A stretch of DNA of 64,000 bases, from assembly GCA_964016885.1 (NCBI GenBank), contig OZ024742.1, positions 1-64,000 of the forward strand, written 5' to 3'. Source of the stretch: Eledone cirrhosa. Taxonomy: Eukaryota. The notes under the pieces are model-generated. The model was not told where the DNA came from. It saw only the letters and a program-made list of their open reading frames with translations, and did no database searches. Positions 15,001 to 26,465 of the stretch are shown here, one piece after another. How positions within the stretch are numbered: position 1 is the stretch's first letter; each line of letters opens with the position of its first letter. A program made the translations under genes and the position numbers.

Positions 15001-18000
15001 TAGTGATAGTTACTAATAGTAGTGATAGTTACTAATGGTAGTGATAGTTACTAATAGTAGTGATAGTTACTAATGGTAGTGATATTTACTAATGGTAGTG
15101 ATAGTTACTAATAGTAGTGATATTTACTAATAGTAGTGATAGTTACTAATAGTAGTGATATTTACTAATAGTAGTGATAGTTACTAATAGTAGTGATAGT
15201 TACTAATAGTAGTGATAGTTACTAATAGTAGTGATAGTTACTAATAGTAGTGATAGTTACTAATGGTAGTGATATTTACTAATAGTAGTGATAGTTACTA
15301 ATGGTAGTGATAGTTACTAATGGTAGTGATAGTTACTAATGGTAGTGATAGTTACTAATAGTAGTGATAGTTACTAATGGTAGTGATAGTTACTAAAGGT
15401 AGTGATAGTTACTAATAGTAGTGATAGTTACTAATGGTAGTGATAGTTACTAATAGTAGTGATAGTTACTAATAGTAGTGATAGTTACTAATGGTAGTGA
15501 TAGTTACTAATAGTAGTGATAGTTGTTACTAATAGTAGTGATAGTTACTAATGGTAGTGATAGTTACTAAAGGTAGTGATAGTTACTAATAGTAGTGATA
15601 GTTACTAATGGTAGTGATAGTTACTAAAGGTAGTGATAGTTACTAATAGTAGTGATAGTTACTAATAGTAGTGATAGTTACTAATAGTAGTGATAGTTAC
15701 TAATGGTAGTGATATTTACTAATAGTAGTGATAGTTACTAATAGTAGTGATAGTTACTAATAGTAGTGATAGTTACTAATGGTAGTGATAGTTACTAATG
15801 GTAGTGATAGTTGTTACTAATAGTAGTGATAGTTACTAATCGTAGTGATAGTTACTAATAGTAGTGATAGTTACTAATGGTTGTGATAGTTGTTACTAAT
15901 AGTAGTGATAGTTACTAATGGTAGTGATAGTTACTAATGGTAGTGATAGTTACTAATGGTAGTGATAGTTACTAATGGTAGTGATAGTTGTTACTAATAG
16001 TAGTGATAGTTACTAATCGTAGTGATAGTTACTAATAGTAGTGATAGTTACTAATGGTTGTGATAGTTGTTACTAATAGTAGTGATAGTTACTAATGGTA
16101 GTGATAGTTACTAATGGTTGTGATAGTTGTTACTAATAGTAGTGATAGTTACTAATGGTAGTGATAGTTACTAATGGTAGTGATAGTTGTTACTAATGGT
16201 AGTGATAGTTACTAATGGTAGTGATAGTTACTAATGGTAGTGATAGTTACTAATGGTAGTGATAGTTGTTACTAATAGTAGTGATAGTTACTAATCGTAG
16301 TGATAGTTACTAATGGTAGTGATATTTACTAATAGTAGTGATAGTTACTAATGGTAGTGATAGTTGTTACTAATGGTAGTGATAGTTACTAATGGTAGTG
16401 ATAGTTGTTACTAATGGTAGTGATAGTTACTAATGGTAGTGATAGTTACTAATAGTAGTGATAGTTGTTACTAATGGTAGTGATAGTTGTTACTAATGGT
16501 AGTGATAGTTGTTACAAATGGTACTGATAGTTACTAATGGTAGTGATAGTTACTAATGGTAGTGATAGTTACTAATGGTAGTGATAGTTGTTACTAATGG
16601 TAGTGATAGTTACTAATGGTAGTGATAGTTGTTACTAATGGTAGTGATAGTTACTAATGGTAGTGATAGTTACTAATAGTAGTGATAGTTGTTACTAATG
16701 GTAGTGATAGTTACTAATGGTAGTGATAGTTACTAATAGTAGTGATAGTTGTTACTAATGGTAGTGATAGTTACTAATGGTAGTGATAGTTGTTACTAAT
16801 GGTAGTGATAGTTACTAATAGTAGTGATAGTTGTTACTAATGGTAGTGATAGTTACTAATGGTAGTGATAGTTGTTACTAATGGTAGTGATAGTTACTAA
16901 TGGTAGTGATAGTTGTTACTAATGGTAGTGATAGTTACTAATGGTAGTGATAGTTACTAATGGTAGTGATAGTCGTTACTAATGGTAGTGATAGTTACTA
17001 ATGGTAGTGATAGTTACTAATGGTAGTGATAGTTGTTACTAATGGTAGTGATAGTTACTAATGGTAGTGATAGTTGTTACTAATGGTAGTGATAGTTACT
17101 AATGGTAGTGATAGTTGTTACTAATGGTAGTGATAGTTACTAATGGTAGTGATAGTTGTTACTAATGGTAGTGATAGTTACTAATGGTAGTGATAGTTAC
17201 TAATGGTAGTGATAGTTGTTACTAATGGTAGTGATAGTTACTAATAGTAGTGATAGTTGTTACTAATGGTAGTGATAGTTACTAATGGTAGTGATAGTTA
17301 CTAATGGTAGTGATAGTTGTTATTAATGGTAGTGATAGTTACTAATGGTAGTGATAGTCGTTACTAATGGTAGTGATAGTTACTAATGGTAGTGATAGTT
17401 GTTACTAATGGTAGTGATAGTTACTAATGGTAGTGATAGTTACTAATGGTAGTGATAGTTGTTACTAATGGTAGTGATAGTTGTTACTAATGGTAGTGAT
17501 AGTTACTAATGGTAGTGATAGTTACTAATAGTAGTGATAGTTGTTACTAATGGTAGTGATAGTTACTAATAGTAGTGATAGTTGTTACTAATGGTAGTGA
17601 TAGTTACTAATGGTAGTGATAGTTGTTACTAATGGTAGTGATAGTTGTTACTAATGGTAGTGATAGTTACTAATGGTAGTGATAGTTGTTACTAATGGTA
17701 GTGATAGTTACTAATGGTAGTGATAGTTACTAATGGTAGTGATAGTTACTAATGGTAGTGATAGTTACTAATGGTAGTGATAGTTGTTACTAATAGTAGT
17801 GATAGTTACTAATGGTAGTGATAGTTACTAATAGTAGTGATAGTTGTTACTAATGGTAGTGATAGTTACTAATGGTAGTGATTGTTACTAATGGTAGTGA
17901 TAGTTGTTACTAATGGTAGTGATAGTTACTAATGGTAGTGATAGTTGTTATTAATGGTAGTGATAGTTACTAATGGTAGTGATAGTTACTAATAGTAGTG

Positions 18001-18803
18001 ATAGTTACTAATGGTAGTGATAGTTACTAATAGTAGTGATAGTTACTAATGGTAGTGATAGTTGATACTAATAGTAGTGATAGTTACTAATGGTAGTGAT
18101 AGTTACTAATGGTAGTGATAGTTACTAATAGTAGTGATAGTTGTTACTAATAGTAGTGATAGTTGTTACTAATAGTAGTGATAGTTACTAATGGTAGTGA
18201 TAGTTGTTACTAATAGTAGTGATAGTTACTAATGGTAGTGATAGTTGTTACTAATAGTAGTGATAGTTACTAATGGTAGTGATAGTTACTAATGGTAGTG
18301 ATAGTTACTAATGGTAGTGATAGTTGATACTAATAGTAGTGATAGTTACTAATGGTAGTGATAGTTGTTACTAATAGTAGTGATAGTTGTTACTAATAGT
18401 AGTGATAGTTGTTACTAATAGTAGTGATAGTTACTAATGGTAGTGATAGTTACTAATGGTAGTGATAGTTACTAATGGTAGTGATAGTTACTAATGGTAG
18501 TGATAGTTGTTACTAATGGTAGTGATAGTTGTTACTAATAGTAGTGATAGTTGTTACTAATAGTAGTGATAGTTACTAATAGTAGTGATAGTTACTAATG
18601 GTAGTGATAGTTACTAATGGTAGTGATAGTTACTAATGGTAGTGATAGTTGTTACTAATGGTAGTGATAGTTACTAATGGTAGTGATAGTTACTAATGGT
18701 AGTGATAGTTACTAATAGTAGTGATAGTTACTAATGGTAGTGATAGTTACTAATGGTAGTGATAGTTGTTACTAATGGTAGTGATAGTTGTTACTAAAGG
18801 TAG
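1..18803. repeat. Satellite array, 19-bp unit TTACTAATGGTAGTGATAG with 22-bp variant (+TTG)
   Basis: Continuous tandem copies with recurrent variants (AATAG, AAAGG, GATATT, GTCGTT). Stop codons are dense and the ORF track shows nothing here. Runs off the left window edge. Confidence 0.98.
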
Positions 18804-18804
18804 T

Positions 18805-19280
18805 ATACAGACGTACAGTAGTATGTATATATATATATATATATACATACATGCACACATATATATATATGTACGTATGGATTCACCGAACATTTATTAT
18901 AATGCTCTGTGTGTTTGTAACAAATATCCCCTTATTAAGCCGTAGTGTCTAACAACCACCGTTGCTCGTTTGTTCAACACTGACAAAGGAACTCTGTACT
19001 AGTTTCAAGCTTATTAGCTATCGTCAGCAACGTATACCTTCCTGCCAGATTGTTGAACGTATATACTTACCTTATGCATATTAACGGCTGAGTAGCCCAA
19101 TTTGCAGTGTTGAACAAACGAGCAACGATGGTTGCTGGACACTACGGCTTAATACGGGATGTTTGTTTACAAACACACAGAGCATTATAATAAATGTTCG
19201 GTGAATCCATACGTACATATATATATATATGTGCATGTATGTATATATATATATGTATACATACTACTGTATGTCTGTAT
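18805..19280. mobile_element. Foldback/MITE-like element with ~180-bp inverted arms and ~115-bp spacer
   Basis: ATACAGACGTACAGTAGTATG...GGATTCACCGAACATTTATTATAATGCTCTG...GTTCAACACTG (18805-18982) is mirrored by CAGTGTTGAAC...CAGAGCATTATAATAAATGTTCGGTGAATCC...CATACTACTGTATGTCTGTAT (19105-19280). Confidence 0.75.
18992..19032 (-). ncRNA. Degenerate minimal type I hammerhead ribozyme motif
   Basis: Minus strand reads CTGACGA-TAGCTAATAAGCTT-GAAA-CTAG-TA-CAG. The stem III loop is palindromic (CTAG). Stem I is weak. Confidence 0.45.
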
Positions 19281-19458
19281 GCATATGAGTATGTACGTGT
19301 ACATACTTATATTTAAGTAACAGCCGTACTAAGAGTGGGAAATGAAATTTCGTTTCATTGTTTCCGTCTACATATATATATATATACATTATGAAGAGAG
19401 AAGAAACATTTAGATATAATTGGTAATAAAATGTATCATACCTAAACTGCTCCTAAAT

Positions 19459-19546
19459 TCCTCGACTACGTAGTTTCGTGGCATAAACAAAAACAATATA
19501 TCAAAGATATAGAGTCCTTGCGAGGTCTGCCAACTTATCAAGAGGA
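19459..19546 (-). ncRNA. Type I hammerhead ribozyme with U3-A8 variant core, copy 1
   Basis: Minus strand: TCCTC [TTGATAA] GTTGGC..loop..GCCAC [GAAA] CTACGTAG [TC] GAGGA. Stem I TCCTC/GAGGA, stem II GT(T)GGC/GCCAC, palindromic stem III, GUC cleavage triplet. Confidence 0.7.
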
Positions 19547-20049
19547 TACCTCATTTTACTAGTCTCAAGAACGCGTCTACACGACGTGAGAAAGAATCCC
19601 AAAAGGCGGAGGGGGAGATAGTCACGCGATATAACGGTCGAGAAACAGAGCTAAGCCTCTTATAACCACGAAGAAAATACCACGGAGGCGGAGGGGGTAT
19701 TCATATCGAGGCCGTAGAAGAGGTAGTGAAGAAGGCGAGAAGTACGAGTAATGGAAGCTTTCCAGTTGTCCCCACACTTCAAAGATTGCTCGACCAGAGG
19801 GAGTTATTAATATATTTAGAAACACACAGATACATGCGGACACACACATATATACATGAATGCATCCGCACCCAACTGCGAGTTAAGGGTGCCAACTTCA
19901 CCGATGTTGCTCAATGAATGACTGGGACAGACCAATTCAGTTTGAACCAGACTGAACCAGTATCAGAGTTAAAAATACATTATGAAGAGAGAAGAAACAT
20001 TTAGATATAATTGGTAATAAAATGTATCATACCTAAACTGCTCCTAAAT

Positions 20050-20137
20050 TCCTCGACTACGTAGTTTCGTGGCATAAACAAAAACAATATATCAAAGATA
20101 TAGAGTCCTTGCGAGGTCTGCCAACTTATCAAGAGGA
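20050..20137 (-). ncRNA. Type I hammerhead ribozyme with U3-A8 variant core, copy 2
   Basis: Same sequence as 19459-19546, offset by 591 bp. Confidence 0.7.
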
Positions 20138-20777
20138 TACCTCATTTTACTAGTCTCAAGAACGCGTCTACACGACGTGAGAAAGAATCCCAAAAGGCGG
20201 AGGGGGAGATAGTCACGCGATATAACGGTCGAGAAACAGAGCTAAGCCTCTTATAACCACGAAGAAAATACCACGGAGGCGGAGGGGGTATTCATATCGA
20301 GGCCGTAGAAGAGGTAGTGAAGAAGGCGAGAAGTACGAGTAATGGAAGCTTTCCAGTTGTCCCCACACTTCAAAGATTGCTCGACCAGAGGGAGTTATTA
20401 ATATATATATATATATATATATATCGTTTCTGAATTTGTTTAGCAAGAATCTTTATCTGAAAATGTGTGTTGAAACCGATATTGAGTATTAGAGTATTAG
20501 AGTTACTATAGACTACCCAAGCAAACACCTCAACCATCGATTACCTGTACTAGACACAGAGCTCTAGTTAGATACCATTAATAACAAAAAACAAATCCTC
20601 CATTCCCATTATGCCAAACCCATGACTTCCAAATATCTGATCCGCCGAAACTCAGCTGTTTCGGACCATACCAAAATCAACATACTGATTGCGGATTTGG
20701 TACGGGTGATGAGACACGTGTCCCGCATGTGCAACCCCGAATAACTAGAGAGACACATACAACACTTCATCCACCGT

Positions 20778-21299
20778 ATGCAGTTCTCTGGTTACAATCA
20801 GAGAGATAAAATCAGAGTATATAGAGGAGCCAGAACCAAATGGGAAAAAATGGTAAATAATGACACAAATGAAACCTGCCCCTTGTATAGGAGCAAATTT
20901 TGGAATAGAATAGAAAGAACTAGGAATAAGGCTAATAGAATAAACTCATGGTATGATAGCAATAAATACCAGAGTGTAATGTTCATCGATACAACCCCTA
21001 GAGGTGAATTAGCTTACACATTTAGAAGGGCCCTAGATAAACATAAACTCAATATTAAGATAGTAGAAAGACCAGGTACCTCCATAAAAACACTTATTAG
21101 CAATACATACCCTTTTCAAAGACCTCCCTTTATAGATAAGAAATGTATAATCTGTAAATTAAACCTCCATATTAACTGTAAAACTAGAAATGTAGTATAT
21201 AGCATAAGATGTACTGAAGGAGAATGTAGAGATAAGAATATAGTGTACATAGGTGAGACAGCTCGTAGTATAGGCGGACGGATAAATGAACACTGGTGA
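20778..21299 (+). pseudogene. PLE RT-linker/GIY-YIG endonuclease fragment
   Basis: VVY...YIGET.R....R..EH GIY-YIG motif in the ORF track. The frame is bounded by premature stops. Confidence 0.85.
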
Positions 21300-21709
21300 G
21301 ACCTTCAAGATAGTAAAGAATCATATGTACTCTACCAACATGCTAAAATAGAACATAAGGGTAAATTAGAGAACTTAGAAATAAAAATAGAATCTACACA
21401 CAGAAAAACGCAATGTTTAGACAAATCACAGAGGCAATAAACATAAATGAACTCCAACCAAAATTAAACGAAAACATGAATGGAACAGCAACATCACAAC
21501 TTACAATTAAGGACAAAATGAAAACACACACGCACATAGAACAAACAACCAACCAGTAACATGTAAATAAACAAATAGATAAACAAATATAAACACACAC
21601 AGACACCCGGATGTAACACATGCGCAAACTAAGCTCACAACACACACAAAAACAAGATGGCGTAGGACAGAACAAAGGAGAGGCACAAAAACAAAGAAAA
21701 GAATCCCCA

Positions 21710-21752
21710 GTCACTGAAGAGGTCACAGAATGTGTGACGAAAGAACTTTGAC
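21710..21752 (+). ncRNA. Minimal type I hammerhead ribozyme in PLE 3' end
   Basis: GTCA [CTGAAGA] G GTCAC-AGAATGT-GTGAC [GAAA] GAAC [TT] TGAC. Stems I and II are intact and the position is typical of PLE pseudo-LTRs. Confidence 0.75.
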
Positions 21753-21898
21753 AATATATAAACAATCATCTGGTTGTGGAACCAACCAACCAACCGGAAA
21801 TTTATAAATTCCTAAATTTATAAATTTATTATAATAAATTGAAGTGAAAGCAACTGGTACGTGTGTTTCTTATTGACAACAAGACCCTCCCAAAGTAT

Positions 21899-23049
<1,151 letters not shown>

Positions 23050-23059
<10 letters not shown>

Positions 23060-23110
23060 CGTAAAATAAGAAAATTTTAAAAAATTTTCTTATTTTACGT
23101 CTTTTATATT
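23050..23110. repeat. Near-perfect palindrome adjacent to (TA)n
   Basis: ATAAAAGACGTAAAATAAGAAAATTTT..AAAATTTTCTTATTTTACGTCTTTTAT. Confidence 0.9.
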
Positions 23111-23218
23111 ATTGTTCTGCATCCTCCTGCATTGAACCACCTAGGTACTATGACATAACCTGTGTATTTGCTAGCATTAGCGTACATCTGTACGCATATG
23201 TTAGTAGATATACTAAAT

Positions 23219-23275
<57 letters not shown>

Positions 23276-23279
<4 letters not shown>

Positions 23280-24166
23280 ATATTTGGGGAGGGTCATATT
23301 TGCGTAATATTGCCAGAATTAATAACAGAACACACTCACTGTTTGGTTGGTTTTCGCTTCTCGCTGTCTTTTATATATATATATCTGCGATCTAACTTAC
23401 TCGGTCCTCAATGTTGCCATTGACTGACCGGCGGTCAAAAATAATACAGATACAATATAGACAAACACATATATATATAGTTTACATAATTTACATAAAT
23501 CTTTCGTTGCACATCTGCAACATCGTCAGTGGTGTTATATTCATTGTTCCTCCTGTTGTGTTGTATGTCTACGCCATTTTTTTTTTGTTCAGTCTGTCTA
23601 TATATTTATTTATTTATTTGCTTGTTTGTTTATCTTATTTTATTTTGTCTTCTTTGCGCATGCGTTTGCGTGTGTGTATAGTGTTATGTGTGATGTGTGA
23701 CTAGTGTGTATAGTGTTGTGTCTGCTGGGTGACTAGTGTGTGTTTATGTGCTTGTGTATGTATTTATTTATCTTATTTTATTTATTTTATTTAATTTACT
23801 TATTTATTTATACTTCTCTTAGGTCAGTGTTGTTTGTTTGGGTGTTGTTGTTGTTCCACTCATTCTTTCTGTTTAGCTTTGGTCTTCTAATTTCTATTTC
23901 ACTGGCCTCTCTGATTTGCCTATCTGCTGGGTCATTCCTATGTTTAGATATTATTCTAATTTCTATGTTGTCTATGTTACCGTCATGTTGTTGTCTAGCA
24001 TGTTCGTATAGTACTGACCCGTTTTTTCGTCCTTTTAGTTCCCCCCAGTGTTGGTCTATCCTTTCACCTATGCTACGAGCTGTCTCACCTATGTATGTTG
24101 TTGTCGTGTTTCTGCAAGTACCCTCTGTACATCTTATGCTATAGACTACGTTTCTAGTTTTACAGT

Positions 24167-24168
<2 letters not shown>
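23276..24168 (-). mobile_element. 5'-truncated Penelope-like element (GIY-YIG plus 3' end), related to 20425-21903
   Basis: ORF 23808-24168: CNCKTRNVVYSIRCTEGTC...YIGETARSIGERIDQHW...RQIREASEIEIRRPKLNRKNEW. The 3' terminus GACCCTCCCCAAATATAACAA(TA)n matches that of the first copy. Confidence 0.9.
23496..23536 (-). ncRNA. Hammerhead core remnant in PLE 3' end
   Basis: Minus strand CTGACGA T GTTGCA-GATG-TGCAAC GAAA GATTT. Stem II is perfect but the 3' stem I partner is not evident. Confidence 0.55.
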
Positions 24169-24230
<62 letters not shown>

Positions 24231-24449
24231 ACGTAACAAAAGAAGAGGAGGGGCCGCGTGCGCCAGAAAATATATTCCAAAAGTGTTAATAGGTACAAAC
24301 CTCCGCGTTTATCGACAGTTGAAATGGACCTATACAATTTCGATCCATACCAACTGTACTGCTAATATATTTGGGGTTACTAGGTAAGCAAACACTGTCC
24401 TCTCTTTCTTGACTCGTAAAATACTTATGTCCCTATTTCTCGATCTCAT

Positions 24450-24516
24450 TTATGCTGATGATTGTGGTTGTGTGACCCTCCGGCCTTCATAATGGAAACA
24501 TCAAAATTGTCTATAA
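24450..24516 (+). ncRNA. Candidate degenerate type I hammerhead in a (TA)n-flanked ~460-bp insert (24228-24690)
   Basis: TTATG [CTGATGA] TTGTG..CATAATG [GAAA] CA..TG [TC] TATAA. Stem II register is imperfect. Confidence 0.4.
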
Positions 24517-24785
24517 CATGTATTGCCTTAGCAACATAGCCTTATTACAAAAGATGTTGTTTTATTATGTCACGTTGATGGTTGCGTCATCGAGGAGTCA
24601 CGTAAGCATCAGCCTCATTGAAATATGTATCACGGCAGTTGAGGGATAAAGGAATTATGAAAATCTACATCGGACCTTCGCAATTATCCTTATATATATA
24701 TATATATATGTATATGAAAGGAAGTGTGGTAAGGAACCAGATGGACCATAACGCACCAGAGTACTCAATACTTAGGGTAGTAGAG

Positions 24786-24931
24786 TAGGAATATGTTCAA
24801 GACCCCGACGGCAGAGCTCAAGCCGTTTCGACGGGTATTTCTGGACTAAATGACTAAATAAAAATGTTTAGCGTGATAATAAATAGCCGTCGAAAGGGCT
24901 TGAACTCTGTCGTCGAGGTCTTGAACAGATT

Positions 24932-24935
<4 letters not shown>
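24786..24935. repeat. Imperfect inverted repeat (~55-bp arms), MITE-like
   Basis: TAGGAATATGTTCAAGACCCCGACGGCAGAGCTCAAGCCGTTTCGACGG vs CCGTCGAAAGGGCTTGAACTCTGTCGTCGAGGTCTTGAACAGATTCCTA. Confidence 0.8.
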
Positions 24936-25016
<81 letters not shown>

Positions 25017-25100
25017 TAAAGCGATGAAAAAGATCACTGATGAAGGACTAATTTTATTCATATGTAACCTATGTGCAACCACGCAGCGCTCCATTTTTCT

Positions 25101-25177
<77 letters not shown>

Positions 25178-25182
25178 TGTTT

Positions 25183-25353
25183 TATCACAGAAAAAAGAGA
25201 ATCAGTGTTGCGACGAAAGGAATTTATTGGACATATTACAATTAGGTTTGATCACCATATCGATCCTGCCTCGAGCTGGTCGCCCGAGAAACAATTGTAA
25301 TATATCCAATAAATTACTTTCGTCGCAACACTGATTCTATTTTTTCTGTGATA
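25183..25353. repeat. Imperfect inverted repeat (~60-bp arms), MITE-like
   Basis: TATCACAGAAAAAAGAGAATCAGTGTTGCGACGAAAGGAATTTATTGGACATATTACAATT vs AATTGTAATATATCCAATAAATTACTTTCGTCGCAACACTGATTCTATTTTTTCTGTGATA. Confidence 0.85.
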
Positions 25354-25445
25354 TCATACTCTGCCCTATGAGGGCATCGCGTGCTGATACGGCCTACCGC
25401 ATACGGACGCTTTAAGCATCTAACACCAATTATATATTATTATTA

Positions 25446-25537
25446 TTAACTTTGCCTTTCATCCTTACGGGGTCGATACAATAAAGTACCAGTAATGCAC
25501 TGGGATAATTGCTGGCCTTGTGCCTAAAGTAGAAACA

Positions 25538-25612
<75 letters not shown>
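25446..25612 (+). mobile_element. tRNA-derived SINE 3' fragment with long (ATT)n tail
   Basis: TTAACTTTGCCTTTCATCCTTACGGGGTCGATA...AAAGTAGAAACAA(TTA)n, shared with the full copies in this window. Confidence 0.85.
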
Positions 25613-25616
25613 CAAG

Positions 25617-25850
25617 GGCGGTGGATTGGCAGTATCGGTAGAGGGTCGGACGCCATGCTTTGACGCATAGAGTTACGTCCCTTTCCATTCTGAGTTCAAA
25701 TCCCACCGAGGTTAACTTTGCCTTTCATCCTTACGGGGTCGATAAAATAAAGTACCAGCAATATACTGGTTAATTTCTGGCCTTGTGCCAAAAGTACTGG
25801 GTAATTGCTGACCTTGTACCAAAAGTAGAAACAATTATTATTATTATTAT
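25617..25850 (+). mobile_element. tRNA-derived SINE, full length, 3' end duplicated
   Basis: A box TGGCAGTATCGG, B box GAGTTCAAATCC, ATT tail. Eight related copies occur in the window. Confidence 0.9.
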
Positions 25851-25960
25851 ATATATATATAGTAATAATCTGTTATTTTAATAAATATATATATAGTTCA
25901 AAGAAACGACAAAACAGAGATACAAAATGTCTTATTAGTTATATGGAAAAGAAGAAAGAA

Positions 25961-25997
25961 AGTTCGACGTATCGGGCTTTAGCCCTTCTTCGGGAGT
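25961..25997 (-). ncRNA. Dead minimal hammerhead relic
   Basis: Minus strand CCGAAGA A GGGCT-AA-AGCCC GATA CG TC, with two core substitutions. Confidence 0.35.
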
Positions 25998-26465
25998 ACA
26001 AAAATACAGACAGGATTACAAAGGATACAGAAAATAAGTAGTCAGTAGTTAAAAGAAAAACGAAAATAATGTGAGCAAACAGTAGAAACTGTTAGGTCAC
26101 CTTGGTAACGTAAATTGGAACGCTAAGTGAAATGCATTAGTGTCAATTTTATGTGTAAATGTATGTATATGTTTAAGCATATGTGTTTTAGATAGATAGA
26201 TAGATAGATTTCTTTATTAGCCACAAGGGCGGACAAAACAAAGACATGCCGGGGATTTTACATACAATCGTGTAAAAAAAAATATAAAACAAACAATTAT
26301 AACAATCGAAATCCCCAATAGGGGGGGAAACCCCACAAATGGGTTGTTTAATACCCCGTCGATAGAATAACCCTCAACTTCAGGAGTGTGCTTTGCAAGT
26401 GCTCCTTTCTTCTTTTTGCGCTCTTCTTCAACTTACAGGTTTATATACAGAGAAGGCTCAATCAC

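Larger units (their letters stand above)
19384..20406 (-). mobile_element. Non-coding retrozyme-like unit: two apparently identical ~432-bp direct repeats (19384-19815, 19975-20406), 591-bp period, flanked by (TA)n
   Basis: Direct repeat visible by eye. Each copy contains a complete hammerhead fold. (TA)n tracts lie on both sides and no credible ORF is present. Confidence 0.65.

Noticed and set aside
1-18803. Telomeric repeat or low-complexity coding exon
   Set aside because: Not TTAGGG-like, and the ORF track shows no ORF in it.
19622-20446. Duplicated 75-77 aa minus-strand ORFs
   Set aside because: They start in non-homologous or microsatellite sequence and have no motif; they follow from the direct repeat.
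25034-25060. CTGATGA as another hammerhead
   Set aside because: No stem II or GAAA partner nearby.
25617-25720. tRNA genes at the A/B-box motifs
   Set aside because: No cloverleaf is evident. Each is followed by the same body and ATT tail, so these are SINEs.
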